From the human T2T-CHM13v2.0 reference genome, Homo sapiens: DNA of 64,000 nt. The stretch lies in assembly GCF_009914755.1 (NCBI RefSeq), contig NC_060925.1; one strand, written 5' to 3'. Made by a program: the position numbers and the translations under genes. Positions 28,021 through 46,760 of this stretch are shown here, piece by piece. The notes under the pieces are model-generated. The model was not told where the DNA came from, searched no databases, and saw only the letters and a program-made list of their open reading frames with translations. Within the stretch, counting starts at the first letter, position 1, and every line of letters starts with the position of its first letter.

Positions 28021-30799
28021 TCAACCTGCCCGTTAATTACCCCATTAACTGGACCAAAAGACACGAAGAAATTGTCTATATTACAATATATGTCATGTAT
28101 CATCTAACATAATGGTACAAGTTGTAGAATTAGTACCTAAATAAAATCACTGAATCACACCCAAATTACATAACAAAAAAGCATTTACAGGTTAGGTACG
28201 CTGTATAGTCACATATCTCAAATTATAGTGTCAATAGTAGGTTCTATGGAAAGGTTGTATATACTCTTTCTTCAAGCCAATAAAGTCGCAAAATGAATTC
28301 TTAATTGCAGTAAACCAATGATGAATTAATCACTATTTGCCACTTGGCCATTTTAGAAGGCGATAAAGTTGGTTGTGCTGGAAGAGATTAAGCAACAGAA
28401 ACAAGCAAAATCTCTCATTCTTAGTCCTAGCTAGCAGTTAGCTGACCAGTGGGGTCTTTTAGCCTGATAAGAAAAACAAAAATATGACAACACCTTAAAT
28501 TTAATTCCAATAATTAGAAACTCAAAGCTTTTCTTTCAGTTGGAAATAATACTTTGACTAATTATGCATATTTTTAAAGTAATTTTTTACGGATCTGTCC
28601 ACCAGAATTCCATATGAAAAGGAGATGCATCTGGAGTGAGTATTAGGGTTATGATTAACAGTCAAGTATAGTGATAGGGTAGGAAATTAAGTACACTAAA
28701 GCATAGATTCTAGGTAGGTCAGAAACTAAACTGATAGTAAGACATATAGGACAAGTAAAGAATGAAAACAGAAGCCAGGGAGGCCAGCAAAAATCGAGGA
28801 ATTAGGAAATGAGATATAAATATATATTTAAAAGAATGGTACAGATTCCAAAAGGTAAGATAAACAGATAATATGTACAAAAGCTATAGAAGTCACAGGA
28901 AACAAAAGATCTAAGGAAAGCTGAAAACAGATATAATGTAGCATCACTATAAGAAACATAAGAAACTATCTTAATTACATAAGGCAAACTAGTTACTTCC
29001 TTCCTGATAACATGAAAAGCAATTCCAGTACTGGACTTTTTATAACTGTATACAGTTAAGGGAAGAAAAGAGTAAGGATATATAAATGCAGATCCTTAGA
29101 CTAGCCTCCTATTACCACTTTAAAATGGGTCTTTCACATATTGGCAGCTGGGGGAATTGCATAATTCTTGTCCTCTGTTGTCTCATATCTTGCCTTTCCT
29201 TAAAGGAATCAAATAATTAAAAAGGAAAAAAATGAAATGCCTCACCACTCCTTTTTAGTTTTTGTTTGCCTTTTTTTTGCTGTGTATGTGTGTTTTAGAG
29301 GAGTAAGTTAATTACAATTTATCACAAAATCAACTTATGTTTATTATAGAAAAACTAAAACAGAAATGAGCAAAGAAAAAATAAATTCAAAAACTTACAA
29401 GAAGTAGTCACTTGTTATTTTACCACATATACATTCAGATATTTTTCTATCTATACTAAATAATATACAAAGAGAGAATGACAGCTATAGTTTTTTTTTT
29501 TTAACAGAAGAGGCTTAAGGGTAGTATTCTAGCAGGGGTGAAACTATCATTTTATCTTAAATGCTGAACTTTCAAGCTGAGTAGCATTCACAATGATGTC
29601 AGATATTTAACTACTGGGAGGATTAATTTCCAAACGTTCTACTTGAATTCCATTAATTAGATGAAAAAAATTTGAGCCATTATTAGAAATTAATGAATTT
29701 CTATTTGAAGCATACTATGACACTGATATTAAATTGATATCTTTTAGCTGGTTGCAAATTTCTTCTACTAATAGAGCCTTCTCAATAACAGCTCTGCTTC
29801 ACTTTGTTTTCATACATGTGTAAGAAAACTAGAACCAAAAGTGTGCTAAATTGACTTAGAAAAATCATTTTCTTTTAATCTCAATGAGAAGTTATGCTTC
29901 ACAGAGTAATATGAAACATACCTTCTATAACTGCATGTGATAAACTGTCACCTTTTGGGACAGTGTTCTTAATTATTAACTTCTGAAGTACATCCTTATG
30001 TTCCTAGATTTCATGTGGTTAGAGATATTATTGTGACCCTTAAGAAAGATAATAAATGCTGATGAACCTTGTGTTGCCACCCATTCATTATCAATTTTCT
30101 TGAGAAACCAAAAATGCAGTCCTTAACTTTTCATTAAATAAGAACTTTTAAAAAATTATTCTTTTCAAAAGGATTTACTGCAAAATAAAATTGTATCAAA
30201 TAATAAAATAAAAAACAGTTGTAGATTTACGCCATAGAGCAAATAACAGAGCCGTTTTAGGAAGTGTTTGGTCTACTCTCCATATGCTCTCTGGCAGGAC
30301 TGCTATGCATCTATTTCCTCCATCTACTTGAAAAATACCCAATATATCAGTGTCCACAATTCCAAATGACCTTACCAACTGTCAGAGCATATGAATTCAT
30401 TTCCACAGTTTACAGCATGGGTATGGCACAATAGGCTGCTTAATGGGGAACTCTATTCACTGCTCATATGTCTCATACACTACTAGACAAGACACTAGCA
30501 GAAGCTTGAAGTACAAAATGGAAATCTACCAAATCCTCCATCCCAGCTTGTTTTAATGTAATTACTAATGATACCTCCATAACATTTTTTTTTAAACTGG
30601 GACAAATGCTAAATCAGATGGGCTGAGGCGGGTGTAGGGGAGGAACAGCTGAAAACCAGAACTGTCTAGGGCAAAGAAGCAAAAAATGATGACCCTAACC
30701 AAATCTAATCTTTCCTTGCCTACTCAAAGGTGCTCTTCAGTAATTATTTAGTAGTCCATTCCCATCTGCAAATAAACATATGAAAACGTCTCAGGTTAA

Positions 30800-34132
<3,333 letters not shown>

Positions 34133-34828
34133 GAAAATGTGTCAGGTTAAAGGGCAAAAAAAAAAACCCACCACCCCCAAACCCTACATTGCTTAATGCC
34201 ACTGTTGCTTAACACCTTGATATTCATCCTATTAACACTGCTTTTCATTGTTACAAAACTCTTTTTGTGTTTGGTTTTTTCATTTTTTAAAAAAAACAGA
34301 CCCAAAGCTTACAAAACTTCTTTTGTTTTGATATTCACTCTAATTAGTCTACTCACATGTGAACCCATTCCAGTTAGACTTTGGCTCTAAACTCTACTCC
34401 TACCTTACCAAAAAAGCTCTGGTCAAGGTCATCAATTTCTTCCATGTTCTAAATATTTAAAGTTTTTACATTTTTGTCTTTGATTTATCTGTATATTATT
34501 TTTGTATTTTTGTGGGGATAAATTTTAACTTTTTTCCATAGAAACAACCAATTGTATGAGCAGGTTTTGCTGTGTCTTTTACACTTTTTTTTTGGTAGAA
34601 GTCATAGTCGAGCACATTTTGCATCTGGAACCAGTATGTACCTACTACACACATAAATGAAACAAAAAATTCATGAAATCATGCCTATTCTTATCATGTG
34701 AAAAGCACTCTATCCTATTCACAACCCACTGATACATTGTGACCCTACTGCTTAGAAATAAACATTTATTTATAGTCTTTTTTTTTTAATCACTGGTTGG
34801 CAATGTTACCTCTTTGCAAAAATGGGAA

Positions 34829-35555
34829 TGAAACCACCTTTGCAAAAATTATAACAGTGAGAGAAATCTAACCTTACTCCATCTTGCTTCCAACCTCACA
34901 TGCTACCTGCCTCTATCGACTCTAAAACAAAAATGATAACAATCCCTTCCCAAAACTAGCCTTGAAACCACCTTTGTAAGACTAATGAAAGGCCCCAATA
35001 TTAGAATTACGGGAGGGACCTAAATTCTGCTAAGCCAGTAGATGCAGTTAAACGATAACCAGCCATTGTTCCCTAGTTTGCCTTTCTATAATAATCTACT
35101 GCTCCAGAGGTCACAAGATTTGTATCTTCCCTAATTGCTCTGATAGATAACAACACTATTGTCAAAACCTAAGATTAGTCTTTGAGATATTTTTCAGACT
35201 TTTGTATTCTGGACACTGACTGACTCCACCTGGACCTGTGACTCACACCACTGAACTAATTCAACTGGTTCTGTGATCCCCACCCAGGAACTGACTCAGC
35301 ACAAGAAGATAGCTAAACCTGCTATAATATCATCCCCAAGTCAATCAATCAGTGTCTCCCATTTCCTAGCCCCCTGCCCTCCAAACTGTCCTTGAAAAAC
35401 CCTAACTTCCAACTTTTGGGGGAGGCTTGTATGAGTAACACTCCCACCCTGCTGCTTGGCTAGCCCTGCAATTATTAAACTCTTACTCTACTGCAATACC
35501 GCTGTCACAGTGAGTTGTTTTTTTCTCTGTAGTGGGCAAGAATAACCCATAGACA
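34829..35555 (+). mobile_element. LTR8-family solo LTR (ERV1)
   Basis: Starts tgaaaccacctttgcaaaaattataac; ATTAAA-type poly(A) signal near 35474; ends gggcaag...aacccat. Confidence 0.8.
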
Positions 35556-36258
35556 CACCCATGTGTGTCTATTTCTAGGCTTTTCATTTTATTCAGTTGG
35601 TTTACTGAGCTATTTTTACATCGATACCTGAGGGAAGTGTTCCCAACCTGGCTCTTCCATATTTTTCTCAGTATTGCGGGACCTTTCCCTGTCCACTTAA
35701 AAATTTAAAATTGTGTTTCAAATTCAGTAAAATACCTTTTGGGATAATGACTGACATAATGAATTTTCAGATTAAGGCATCTATCCATGAAAATGATAAA
35801 TCTACTTTTAAGATTTAATTTTCTTTTAATGAAATGATATAAATTTCTTTAGAAAGGTGATGCCCATCATTTATTATTAGATTTATTCCCAAGTACCTTA
35901 TATTGTTATTTGCATTTGTAAATAACTTTTTTGCTAACAATATTTAACCAACTATATCAAAATTCAATTTGGGAGTGGGAGGTATATAGATGTTACATCC
36001 AGCAACTGTTGCTTAATACCTTGATATTAATGCCAATAGCTTGAACATTATTTTAGGTTTTCTCTACAAACTAATATATAATTTGTGAATAATATCAGTT
36101 TCATTTCTTCTCTTCCTATCTTTATACCTTTTCTATTTCTTATCTTACTACCTGTTTAGGACTCCTGGTGAAATGTTGAGGTGGTTACATAGGTATCCTT
36201 GGATCATCCTTAATGTTAAGGGAAATGTTTCTAAAGTTTCCTCATTTACTGATGTTAC

Positions 36259-36549
36259 TTTATTTTTTGAGAAAGGGTCTCACTCTTGTCACCTAGGCTG
36301 AAGTGCAGTGGTGTGATCACAGCTCACTGCAGCCTTGCCTCCCAGGCTCAGGCAATCCTCCCACCTCCACCTTCCAAGTAGCTGGGACTACAGGCATGCA
36401 CCACCATGCCCAGCTAAGTTTTGTATTTTTTATAGAGATGGGGTTTCAACATATTGCCCAGGCTAGTCTTGAACTCCTGGGCTCAAGCGATCCACCAGCC
36501 TCAGCCTCCCAAAGTGCTGGGATGACAGGCATGAGCCAACACACCTGGC
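36259..36549 (-). mobile_element. AluJ
   Basis: Reverse-complement Alu with ctcctgggctcaagcgatcc; gtttcctcattta repeated on both flanks. Confidence 0.93.
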
Positions 36550-37228
36550 TAGTTTCCTCATTTAATATGTTTATATCATAATTCCCTTTTATTTATGGCT
36601 TTAGTTTTTTCCTTAAATCATGAATGTGTAGTGAATGTCATCAAATGTTTTTCTGCATCCATTGGAGGATCATGTATTGTTCTTCTTTAATTCATAAATA
36701 TACTACATCAAATTCATTAAATACATAAAACCATACTCATATTCTTAGAATAAGCACAACTTGTTAATGCTGTCTTAAAGCACTGTTAGATTAAATTTGC
36801 ATCCTTGCTCATTCAGCCTGCAATTTTCCTTTCTAATGTCCTTTTTCTGACTTTCATATGGAGATTATTCTAAAATCTTAATATAAATTAGTTGAGGAGT
36901 ATCCTTTTTTTTCTAGACTTCTTGGAAGAGTTGTACATAATTGGAAGCATCTGTTTCCCAAAAATTTTGTTAGAATTTGACTTTAAAACTGTCTGGATGT
37001 AGCAGATTTTATCAGTATGAAATACTCCTCTGTAGTTTTTACAGTATACGTTTTCTTAAAGCCTATTTTATCTGACATTAATATGGTCATTTTAGCATTC
37101 TTATGCTTACTGTTTGATTGCACCCATTTACCATTAACTTACCATGTCCATACTTAAAAGTATATTTTTTGGGGATGACAGATAGTTGGGTCTTGCTTTT
37201 CTTTTTTCTTTATAAAAGAAATATTGGT

Positions 37229-37790
<562 letters not shown>

Positions 37791-38289
37791 TTTTGGATCA
37801 TTTAATGCAATGACTGACATACTTAGATTCAGATCTATCACTTCATTTTTATTTCCTGTTTGGCCCAACTATACTTTGATTATTTTCCTAACAGCCTTGT
37901 GAATTATTATTTTTTAAATTCCATTTTGTGTAGATGTTTTCACTATACTTTTAAAAACTGTTTTTGGTGGTTGCTTTAGGAAAAACAATGTTTTAGTTAC
38001 CTTTTTTTTTTCACAAGGTATTTAAGAATTAATGCTGTGCTACTTCACAAATTGCAGGTCTATTGCCTACACCCCCCCCCATTCTTTATGTTATAGCTGT
38101 CATATGCATTATGTGTACATACCTTATAAACTCACACAAAAATTTCATAATTTTTGCTTTCAAGTCATATGTATTTTTAAAAAATTAAGAGGGAAATAAT
38201 CTCTTATATGTACTCAAATATTTATAATTCCTGATGCTTTTCATATTGGTAAAACCAAAACAAGTTTTATATTTCTATTACTAACATTA

Positions 38290-41200
38290 GACTTGGTAAT
38301 AGAGAAACAGAGGATTAAGGTAATTCAAACCAATGCACCTTCTAAGAAAATCTTAAAAGCTGGGGGCAAAAACACGTATGTGTGTATCTGTTTGAGGCCA
38401 TAAGAGAACTAAAAAGGCACAAAAAATTACAGTGCCAAGATCCAGGAGAAAAAGAAAATGAAGAGAGGTAAATCTTGAATTTGAGGCTACTTTTCCCTAG
38501 AGGTATCTGCTAACTGAAAAGAGAGGGCTGAGAGGTTGAGAATCTTTTAATAATCACATGAGGCTAGAGACACAAAAACTGGATTCTAGAGTGCACCAAA
38601 CAACAGTGGCTCTGGTAAAGCTCCAAGCTTTAAGCTTGAAACAGGAGGACTACCTCCTAGGAGTAACTGTGAAACAGATGCAGATCGGTCACCAACAAGA
38701 CTAAAAAGCCCAGTTTAATGTAATTGAATCTCTGAGAACTAATTAAGGTGACCCTAAATTTTCAGTAATCCTTACTAACATAAATAAAATATAATCTTCT
38801 CTGGAAAAAGAGAACATCATCCTGAGCCTCAAATGATTATTTATACATTTATATTCCTATATATGATACTCAAAGAATAGTCATCTTCAGAAAAAACTAG
38901 ATAATTTTTTTAAATTTCTAGAATTAAAAATACAATAACCAAAATTAAGAATAATAATAAATAAATAGGTTTAATAGCAGATTAGATACGGGTAAGGAGA
39001 TAATTTATGGCATAAAATATAAGTCAGAAGAAAACACCCAGAATAAAACATAGAGACAAAAAGATGTAAAACACAAGCAAAAGTATAATTCAGCAATGCA
39101 TACTGAGTAGGTCTAGCATATGTACTTGAAGTCCCAGAAAAAAGGTGAGAGAGAATGGGTACAGAGCAATATATGAAAAGATAATGGCTAAGTGACATCA
39201 GTGAAAACGGCAGAGTAGGGACCTCTAGAGGCTGGCACTCCCCAGAAGCACTAAAAACTTGGCAAAAAAAACCTATCACAATCAACCTCATCAGAACTCT
39301 GGAAGACAGTCAAAGGTTTACAGCAACCAAGTGAATGTTTAATCAGAAGAAAGGTTACAGAAACAAGGTAGGCGATCATTATGGTCTTTTCACTTACCCT
39401 AGACATCCACCCCACTCTCAAGCACAGTGGCAGTCTTCAAGATGGCAGCCCACGTTCCCACTGTTAATACTTGGTTCTAGAGGAGTCAAGTGGACCTTGC
39501 TCCCAAGGAATTTTGTCTGATTGTTTTGCAACTGACTGAAGTTTCCTTTGAGGTCAGCTGCAAGGGGCTTTCCTTTGTTTTGACTAATTTTAAACTCTTA
39601 TCAGGATAGTGCAGCTATGCAGTCACTGAAATCAGTGAAAGCCAAGCATACAAGCTGCTGGCCCCTGGGATAAATAGTAATAGCTGGGTCAAACAAAACA
39701 CAAGCTGAAAGCCCAAGAGGAAAGTCCAGGGAGTCAGACATTTTGGGGGAATAGATGCTTTGAAAAGCTATTGCATATAAAGAGAAATCTAGAAATCCAT
39801 GAGCATGCTCAGGGCAGAATACATACCCAGAAAAAACCTGGGAAGATCATAAGCTTTTACCTCTGGCTGGTCTTCAGGCTCTGTGCAAGCAGCAAATGAA
39901 GGCTAAGGTAAAATTGTAAATTGCCTGGCTAAGTGTTGAAGCCATATCCAAACACTGAGTCAACCTACAAAGATCTGAAGAGTATTTTTTTCTTTTCTTT
40001 TTTTCCTTTGGATACCATAATATTCAAAATAACCAGTTTTCAACAAAACAAAATATGAAACATGCAAAGAAACAAGAAACTCATTCTCATTCTCACAATA
40101 AAAAAAATTAACAGAAACTGTCCATGCTACAGCACAAACACTGGACTTATCAAAGACTTTAAATCAACTGTCTTAAATATGTCCAAAGAGCAAAAAGAAA
40201 CCAGTGCAAATAACTAAGAAAAAGGAGAAACACAATGTCTCAACACATAAATAGTTTAAAAATATATTATCATAAGGATCCAAACAAAAACACTAGATCT
40301 GAAAAGTACAATAACTGAAATAAAAAAATCACTACAGGGTTTTTAACAGCAGATCTGAGCAGAGAGAGAAAAGAATTAGCAAACTTGAAGATATGTCAAA
40401 TGAAACTGTCCATTTTGAGGCACAGAAAGAAAACAGAATGAAGAAAAATAAACAGAACCTAAGAGACTTATGGAACACCATCTAGTATACCAACATATGC
40501 ATAATGAGGGTATGAAAGGAGAGGAAGAAAGAAACATAGAGAATACTGGGAGAAAAAACAGTCAAAAACTTCCCAAATTAGACCAAAGACAAACTTACAC
40601 ATCCAAGAAGCTCAATGAAATTCAAAGATAAACTCAAACAGATCCACAATAAGACACTCTATACTGACGCTCTATTTAAAAAAATAAATAAAAGATTTTG
40701 AATTAATAACCTAATTTTACACCTTAAGGGGCTAGAAAAAGAAGAGCAAACAAAACCCCAAGCTAGCAGAAGGAAATAATAAAAAGCAGCAACAGAGACT
40801 AGAAAAAGAATAGAGAAAATGAAACCAAAGGTTAGTTCTTTGAAAAGATCAACAAACATTTTTGGAAAACTTTTAGTTAGACTGACTAAAAAAGAAAAGA
40901 AGAGACTCAAATTACTAAAATCAGAAATGAAAGTGGGACATTACTGCTGCTCTTTTGATGATTAAAAAATTACAAGAGAATAATATGAACACCAACAAAT
41001 TGGATAACCTACATGAAAAAGAATAATTCCTAGAAACACACAAACTACCAAAACTGACTCAAAAGACACAGAAAATCTGAACAGAATTAGAAGTAAGGTG
41101 ATTGAATCAGTAATCATAAACCTTTCAACAAGTCCAGTACCAGATGGCTTCACTGGTGAATTCTACCAAGCATTTAAAGACAAATTAACATAAATACCCC

Positions 41201-43830
41201 TCAAACTCTTCCAAAAGATATAACAGTAGAGGAAACACTTCCTAATTCATTCCATGAGGCCACCATTACCCTGATACCAAAGCAAGACAAAGACACTACA
41301 GGAAAACCTTTAGACCAATACCCTTTATGAATGTCGATGTGAAAATCCTCAAAATACTAGCAAACAGAATACAGGAGTATATTAAAAGGACCACGCAACA
41401 TGGCCACATGGGCATTTCAATACAATACACCACATTAATGGAATGAAGAAAAAAAGTACATGATTATCTCAATCGATGCAGAAAAAAGCATCTGACAAAA
41501 CCCAACATCTTTTCATGATAAAAGTACTTGATAAATTAGGAATAGAAGAAAAGTCCCTTAACATAATAAAGGGCATATATGAAAAATCTACAGCCAATAT
41601 CATACTCAATGGTGAAAGAATGAAAGCTTTCCCCCTAAGATCAGGAACAAGACAAGAATGTTTATCCACTTTCCTGACTTCTATTCAACATAGTACTGGA
41701 AATTCTAGCCAGAGCAATGAGGCATGGGAAAAAAAAAATAAAAAGGCATCCAGATTGAAAAAGAAGAAGTAAAATTATTTCTATCTGCAGAAGACATAAT
41801 CTTATATATAGAAAATTCTAAAAATGGCACAAAAAACTGGCTAGAGCTAATAAATTCAGCAAAGTTGGAGAATAGATCAGAACACACCAAAAAAATCCAC
41901 TGTTTTTCTACATATTGGAGCTGAAAAATATGAAAAGGAAATTTAGAAAACTTCATTTCCAATAGCATCAAAAAGAATAAAATACTCAGGAGTAAACGTA
42001 ACCAAGGAACAACTGTATACTGAAAACAAAAAGTTGCTGAAAGAAATTAATATGAACTAAATGAAAAGAAATCACATGTTCATGGACTGAAGGACTTAAT
42101 ATTGTTAAGATGGCAATATTCCCCAAAGTGATCTATAGATTCATTATATTCCCAAAGTTTCAATAGCTTTTTTTGCAGAAATGAAAAAGCCAACCCTAAA
42201 ATTCAAATGGAAATATAAGGAACCCTAAATAGCTGAAACAACCTTGAAAAAGAACAACAAAGTTGGAGGACTCACACTTCTGGATTTCAAAACTCACTAC
42301 AAAGCTTCAGTAATCAAAACAGTGAGGTACTAGCACACGGACAGATAGATCAATGAAATATAATTGAGAGTGCAGGAATAAACCCCAACATTTTTGGTCA
42401 TTTAATTTTCAAAAAAATTGCCCAAACCATTCATGGAGGAAAAGAACAGTCAATTGTTCTTTTCTGACATTTGTTCTGACAAATGATGTCAGAACAACTA
42501 GATAGTCACATATAAAAGAATGAAGATGGACCCTTGCCATATACCATAGACAATAACTAACTCGAGATGGATCAAGGATATTAAATGTAAAAGCTAAAAC
42601 TGTAAAACTCTTAGAAGAAAACAGAGGGACAAACCTTCATGACCTTGGATTTAGCAGTGGTTTCTTAAATAACGATGCCAAAAGCATGAGCAACAAAAGA
42701 ATAAATTAGACTTCACCAAAATTAAAAATGTTTGCATATGAAAGTTTTACATACCAAGATAGTGCAAAGAAAACCCACAGAATGGGACAAAGTATCTGTA
42801 AATCATGTATCTGACAAGGTTCTATTACAAAGAACTCCTTTTCCCAAAGAATAAAGACAAATGGCCAAGAAGCACATGAAAAGCTCAATGTCATTAGTAA
42901 TTAGGGAAAGGCAAATCAATACCAAAATAAGATACCATTTGATATCCACTAGTATAGTAATAATTACAGAACAGAAAATAACAGGTGTTAGTGAGGATAC
43001 GGAAAACTGAATTCTTATACATTGCTGGTGGGAATGTAAAATGGTGCAGTCACTAGGGAAAACACTTTAGTGGTTCCTCAATGAATTAAACATAGAATTA
43101 CCATATGGTCTGGCAATTCCAGGCCTAGGTATACACCAAAAGATACAAAACAAGTGTTCAAACAAAAACTTGTACAGTAATGTTCACAGCAGCTTTATTC
43201 CCAATAGCCAATAGGTAGAAACAACCCAAATGTCCACCACCAGATGAGCAATAAACAAACAAAATGTGGTATATCCATAAAATGGAATACTGAATTAGTC
43301 AATTTTATGTTGCTATAACACAATACCTGAGACTAGGTAATTTATAAGGAAAAGGGGTTTATTTAGCTTACAGTTCCGCAGGCTGGGAAGTTCAAGGGCA
43401 TGACTCTGGCTTCCAGTGAGGGCTTTTGTGCTTCATTATAACACAGTGGACAAGATCAAAGGGGAAGTGAGAAAAGAGAATACCCAAGGGTCTTCCTGGC
43501 TTTATAACAACCAACTCTAGAGGGAACTAATCCATTCCCAAGAGAGCTAATCCAGTCTCACTAGAGCAAGAATTCACTCACTCCAGCAAGAACAGCACCA
43601 AGCCATTCATGAGGGATCCACCCCCAAAACTGAAACACCTCCCAGGCTCCAGCTCCCAACACTGCCACAATGGGGGACCAAGTTTTAACATGAGCTTTGG
43701 TGGAAACGAACTATATCCAAACCACAGCAAATATTATGCAGCTATATAAAGGAATGAAGTACTGATACATGCTACCACACAGATGGACCTTGATATACCA
43801 TGTGAGAAATGCTTGACACAAAAGCCACAC
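38290..43830 (+). mobile_element. Old L1M (L1MB/L1M4-like) elements, nested and deleted
   Basis: 5'UTR-like start gtgacatcagtgaaaacggcagagtagg at 39192; ORF1 remnant ~40300-40660 joined to ORF2 remnant (AFPLRSGTRQEC in ORF 41476..41772). Confidence 0.8.
43291..43729 (-). mobile_element. MST-type MaLR LTR inserted in the L1M 3' end
   Basis: attagtc...tgctataacacaatacctgagactaggtaatttata...atccaaaccacagca. Confidence 0.85.
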
Positions 43831-43879
43831 ACTTTTTTCATATAGCACTCATAAATACAATAAATATCAGTATATTTTA

Positions 43880-44450
43880 AAGTCTGTATTACTTGCTAGA
43901 GTGTAAATGCCATGAAGGCAGGGAATATATTTATGTTTCATTTACCAAATATGTTTTATCACTTGGCTTAATGACTTTTACACAGTAGAATCTCAACTAT
44001 TAAATGAATGAACAAATGTTGTTCACTTTTAATATCCTTCAATAGTTCACCAATGCACTCAAAATAAAGTCTCAACTCTTTACTAAAGCGCTTAAGTCCC
44101 ATATGATTTGGCTCATATTTCTTTCTAGTCTTATTCTGACTTTACTTAATAATCTATGTTTCAGGCACCTTGCTGAGTGCTGGGAATACAATGGGAAGTA
44201 AGATAGACACATAGCACCTACCTTTATGAACTTTATAAACCAGAAGGAAATATAAAGTAGTAAGTTTAGGGAAAAACAAGGTATTAAGTATCATGAGACC
44301 CTAACAGGTATACCTGACCTGGATTGTGAGGTGGGAAAGGGAAGTTCAGGAAAGCTTTCTGGAAAAAGTGGTATTTATGTCAAAACAGGAAAGATGAGGA
44401 ATTAGCGGGGCAAAGAACAGGGCAAGTTCCAGATAAAGGAAGGGCATGTA
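43880..44450. mobile_element. L2 fragments
   Basis: aatgaatgaa terminus and caggcaccttgctgagtgctgggaataca motif. Confidence 0.5.
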
Positions 44451-45999
44451 AGAATCAAACACCAAAACACATAGGGATTCAAAAAAAATTATTTTTGTAA
44501 AACCAAAATATGGAATTACTCAGGTAGGAAGGGACTGAAAATATACTGCTATCTGCTGTCTTGTTAAAAACAAAATATAAAAGTAAAAATATTGTTAAAG
44601 AATATATGTAATCATGGTCAAAAAACAATAATTAAAATTGAAGGTTCTATCAGACATCACAAATGTTTTCCATCAGGCCTGTATAAATACATGTCTCCTG
44701 TATGCCTCTAGTCTGAAAACAGACAATTCAAACTTTTTATTATTTATAGTAAAAATTAGATGAAATTGAGAAATGTATTTTTCAACCTTTTCAGACTCTA
44801 ATCTCATTTTACTTCAAACATTACATTGACTGGCTTGGTTTTAATTTTGGAACTCTAGATAGTATGTATTTAAAAGCAAACAATAGGTTGAGAATTATAA
44901 GTCACAGTATGCCTCAGTGTCCATACTGGTACGATAATGTTAAGAAAAACTACCTCTGACACAAATATATTACATGAAAATCAGCTAATGGTATAACAGC
45001 GGCTCTTTGTTCCAGAACAATTTTGAATTTAAAGTTAAAAGGCAATTTATTTTCTTCTGTCACAAAATTTTTAACCAAGGTATTTTAAAAACCAACGTTA
45101 AGTAAAATTCAGTGAGGAAATAAACACTGATGTAGGCTTATATATTCATTTAAAAATTTTTACTGACAAAGTCTGGCTATTTGCCAGTTTCAGATATATT
45201 TACATAAAATAAAAAAGACAGTCAATATATGCCTGTCTTGCCAGGACAATAGAGTTGATTTATTTATTATACAATTGTTTGAATCCCTTCTATGAGTCTA
45301 CTAACACTTGGAAGATCTTTCTGTGATGATGAGAGCTCAGCCAAGCCAGAATAAAAATATTCACTGCAAGTGTATTATGACTTGAAATAATACCACCACC
45401 TTACATTCATGTTTCATTTTTTAAAAGTATTTCATCTTTCGTCCTTGTATCTCTCAGAAGGTAACGCCTGTCCCATTTTCAGATGAGGAAACCGTGCCCA
45501 AAGGAATACATGCGACTTTTCCAGGGTATTTACTGAATCAGTACTGAATTAAAATTTTTTTCTATTGGATCACTGCTTACTCTTGGTTCAGTGGGAGGTA
45601 TCTTTTTTTTTTTCCAAATCAGGAATGATCTGAGTATTTGCCAGCACCCAAATAATCCCAACAGACTACAATTTTTTTGAGTAACTGATACTATATTTAA
45701 AAGAAATTATGGCCTATTTTATTGTCATCAAACTTCTGAACAAACCTCTTAATAATTACTAAATGTCCTACAAAAATTATGTTGTATACATGGGAGTCAA
45801 ATGGATGACATGGATGCGGAAAGCAGAAAGAGACTGGAAATCAACATCTCAATTCAGCCTTCCAAAAAGTAGAATCCACCACTTCTTTCCCCTTCATCAT
45901 TTCAAAAGCCCATGGCAATGAACCCCAAACTGAGGCCTGAGGGCGGATGCACCAGACTTTATTCCCAGGCTCTCATGGGATTTATCTATTATGGGAAAA

Positions 46000-46760
46000 T
46001 GGAGAGTCTGGGAAGAGGCGAAAAAAAAAACAAAAGACGCGGTTTACCTTGCCCTACCTCCCTCTCCCCCTGGAATAAGGTGATGTAGCGAAGAAACCAT
46101 CTTTCAATGCTGTCAGGGCTCCGCCGAGTCAGGTCAAAGGACTTTGAAACCCCCCCAGAGCTCTCCTTTTTTCTCCACTTCACCTTTTCCCTCTCCTTTC
46201 GGTGACTTCTCTCCCTGCTTCCCATCCCGTCTGCTAAACTAGCGTTGCCCAGTGACATCTCACAGCCAACCCAAGAACATCTTCAGGGCCCTGGCAAGGA
46301 GGGTAGGACAGAGCCTTGGGGAGTCGTCACCTTTTGAGGTATCTGGCGTCCTCCCCTTGCATGGCGGCAGCGGCAGCGGCGTGGAGAGGATGGGGTATCT
46401 TGAGAGGCAGGCGCGGTTATTTCCGGGGACGGTGGCCAAAGTACCCTCACACCCAGAGGCGATGACAGTCCTGAGGCCTGCAAGGCGGGGCAGCAGCGGC
46501 GCTGTGGTTACCACGGTGAAGCCTCCAGCTCCTCCCACAGCTTCTGTGCCCCAAAACACTGGAGCGGCCCAGACCCGCCCAGAGTCGCCTAAGCCGGGCC
46601 GTCACGACGCATGCGCTTGCTCTGCACCTCTTGTATGCGCAGGCTCAGTCTGAGGCGCTGGCCTCAGAGTTTGACGCACCGGGGAGCCGAGCAGGGAAGT
46701 TTTGGTGCAGTTTTGAGCGTCCGTGTATAAGGAGTGGCTCCGTAGTCACCGCCCCCTTGA
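46000..46760 (-). promoter_or_regulatory. KIFAP3: KIFAP3 CpG-island promoter and 5' UTR
   Basis: The only CpG/GC-rich unique segment in the window. NRF1-like GACGCATGCGC 46606-46616 and TGCGCAGGCTCA 46636-46647, GC box CCCGCCC 46574-46580, X-box-like GTTACCACGGTGAA 46507-46520 and GTTGCCCAGTGAC 46244-46256. Confidence 0.9.
46331..46362 (-). CDS. KIFAP3: KIFAP3 exon 1 coding part (MQGEDARYLK-R)
   Basis: GCCGCCATGC start at 46362 inside the CpG island; donor AAG|GTGACG at 46330; phase 2. Confidence 0.97.

Noticed and set aside
45989-46653. Several 66-133 aa ORFs over the promoter
   Set aside because: Expected from stop-poor GC-rich CpG-island sequence; several use non-ATG starts and none resembles a known protein.
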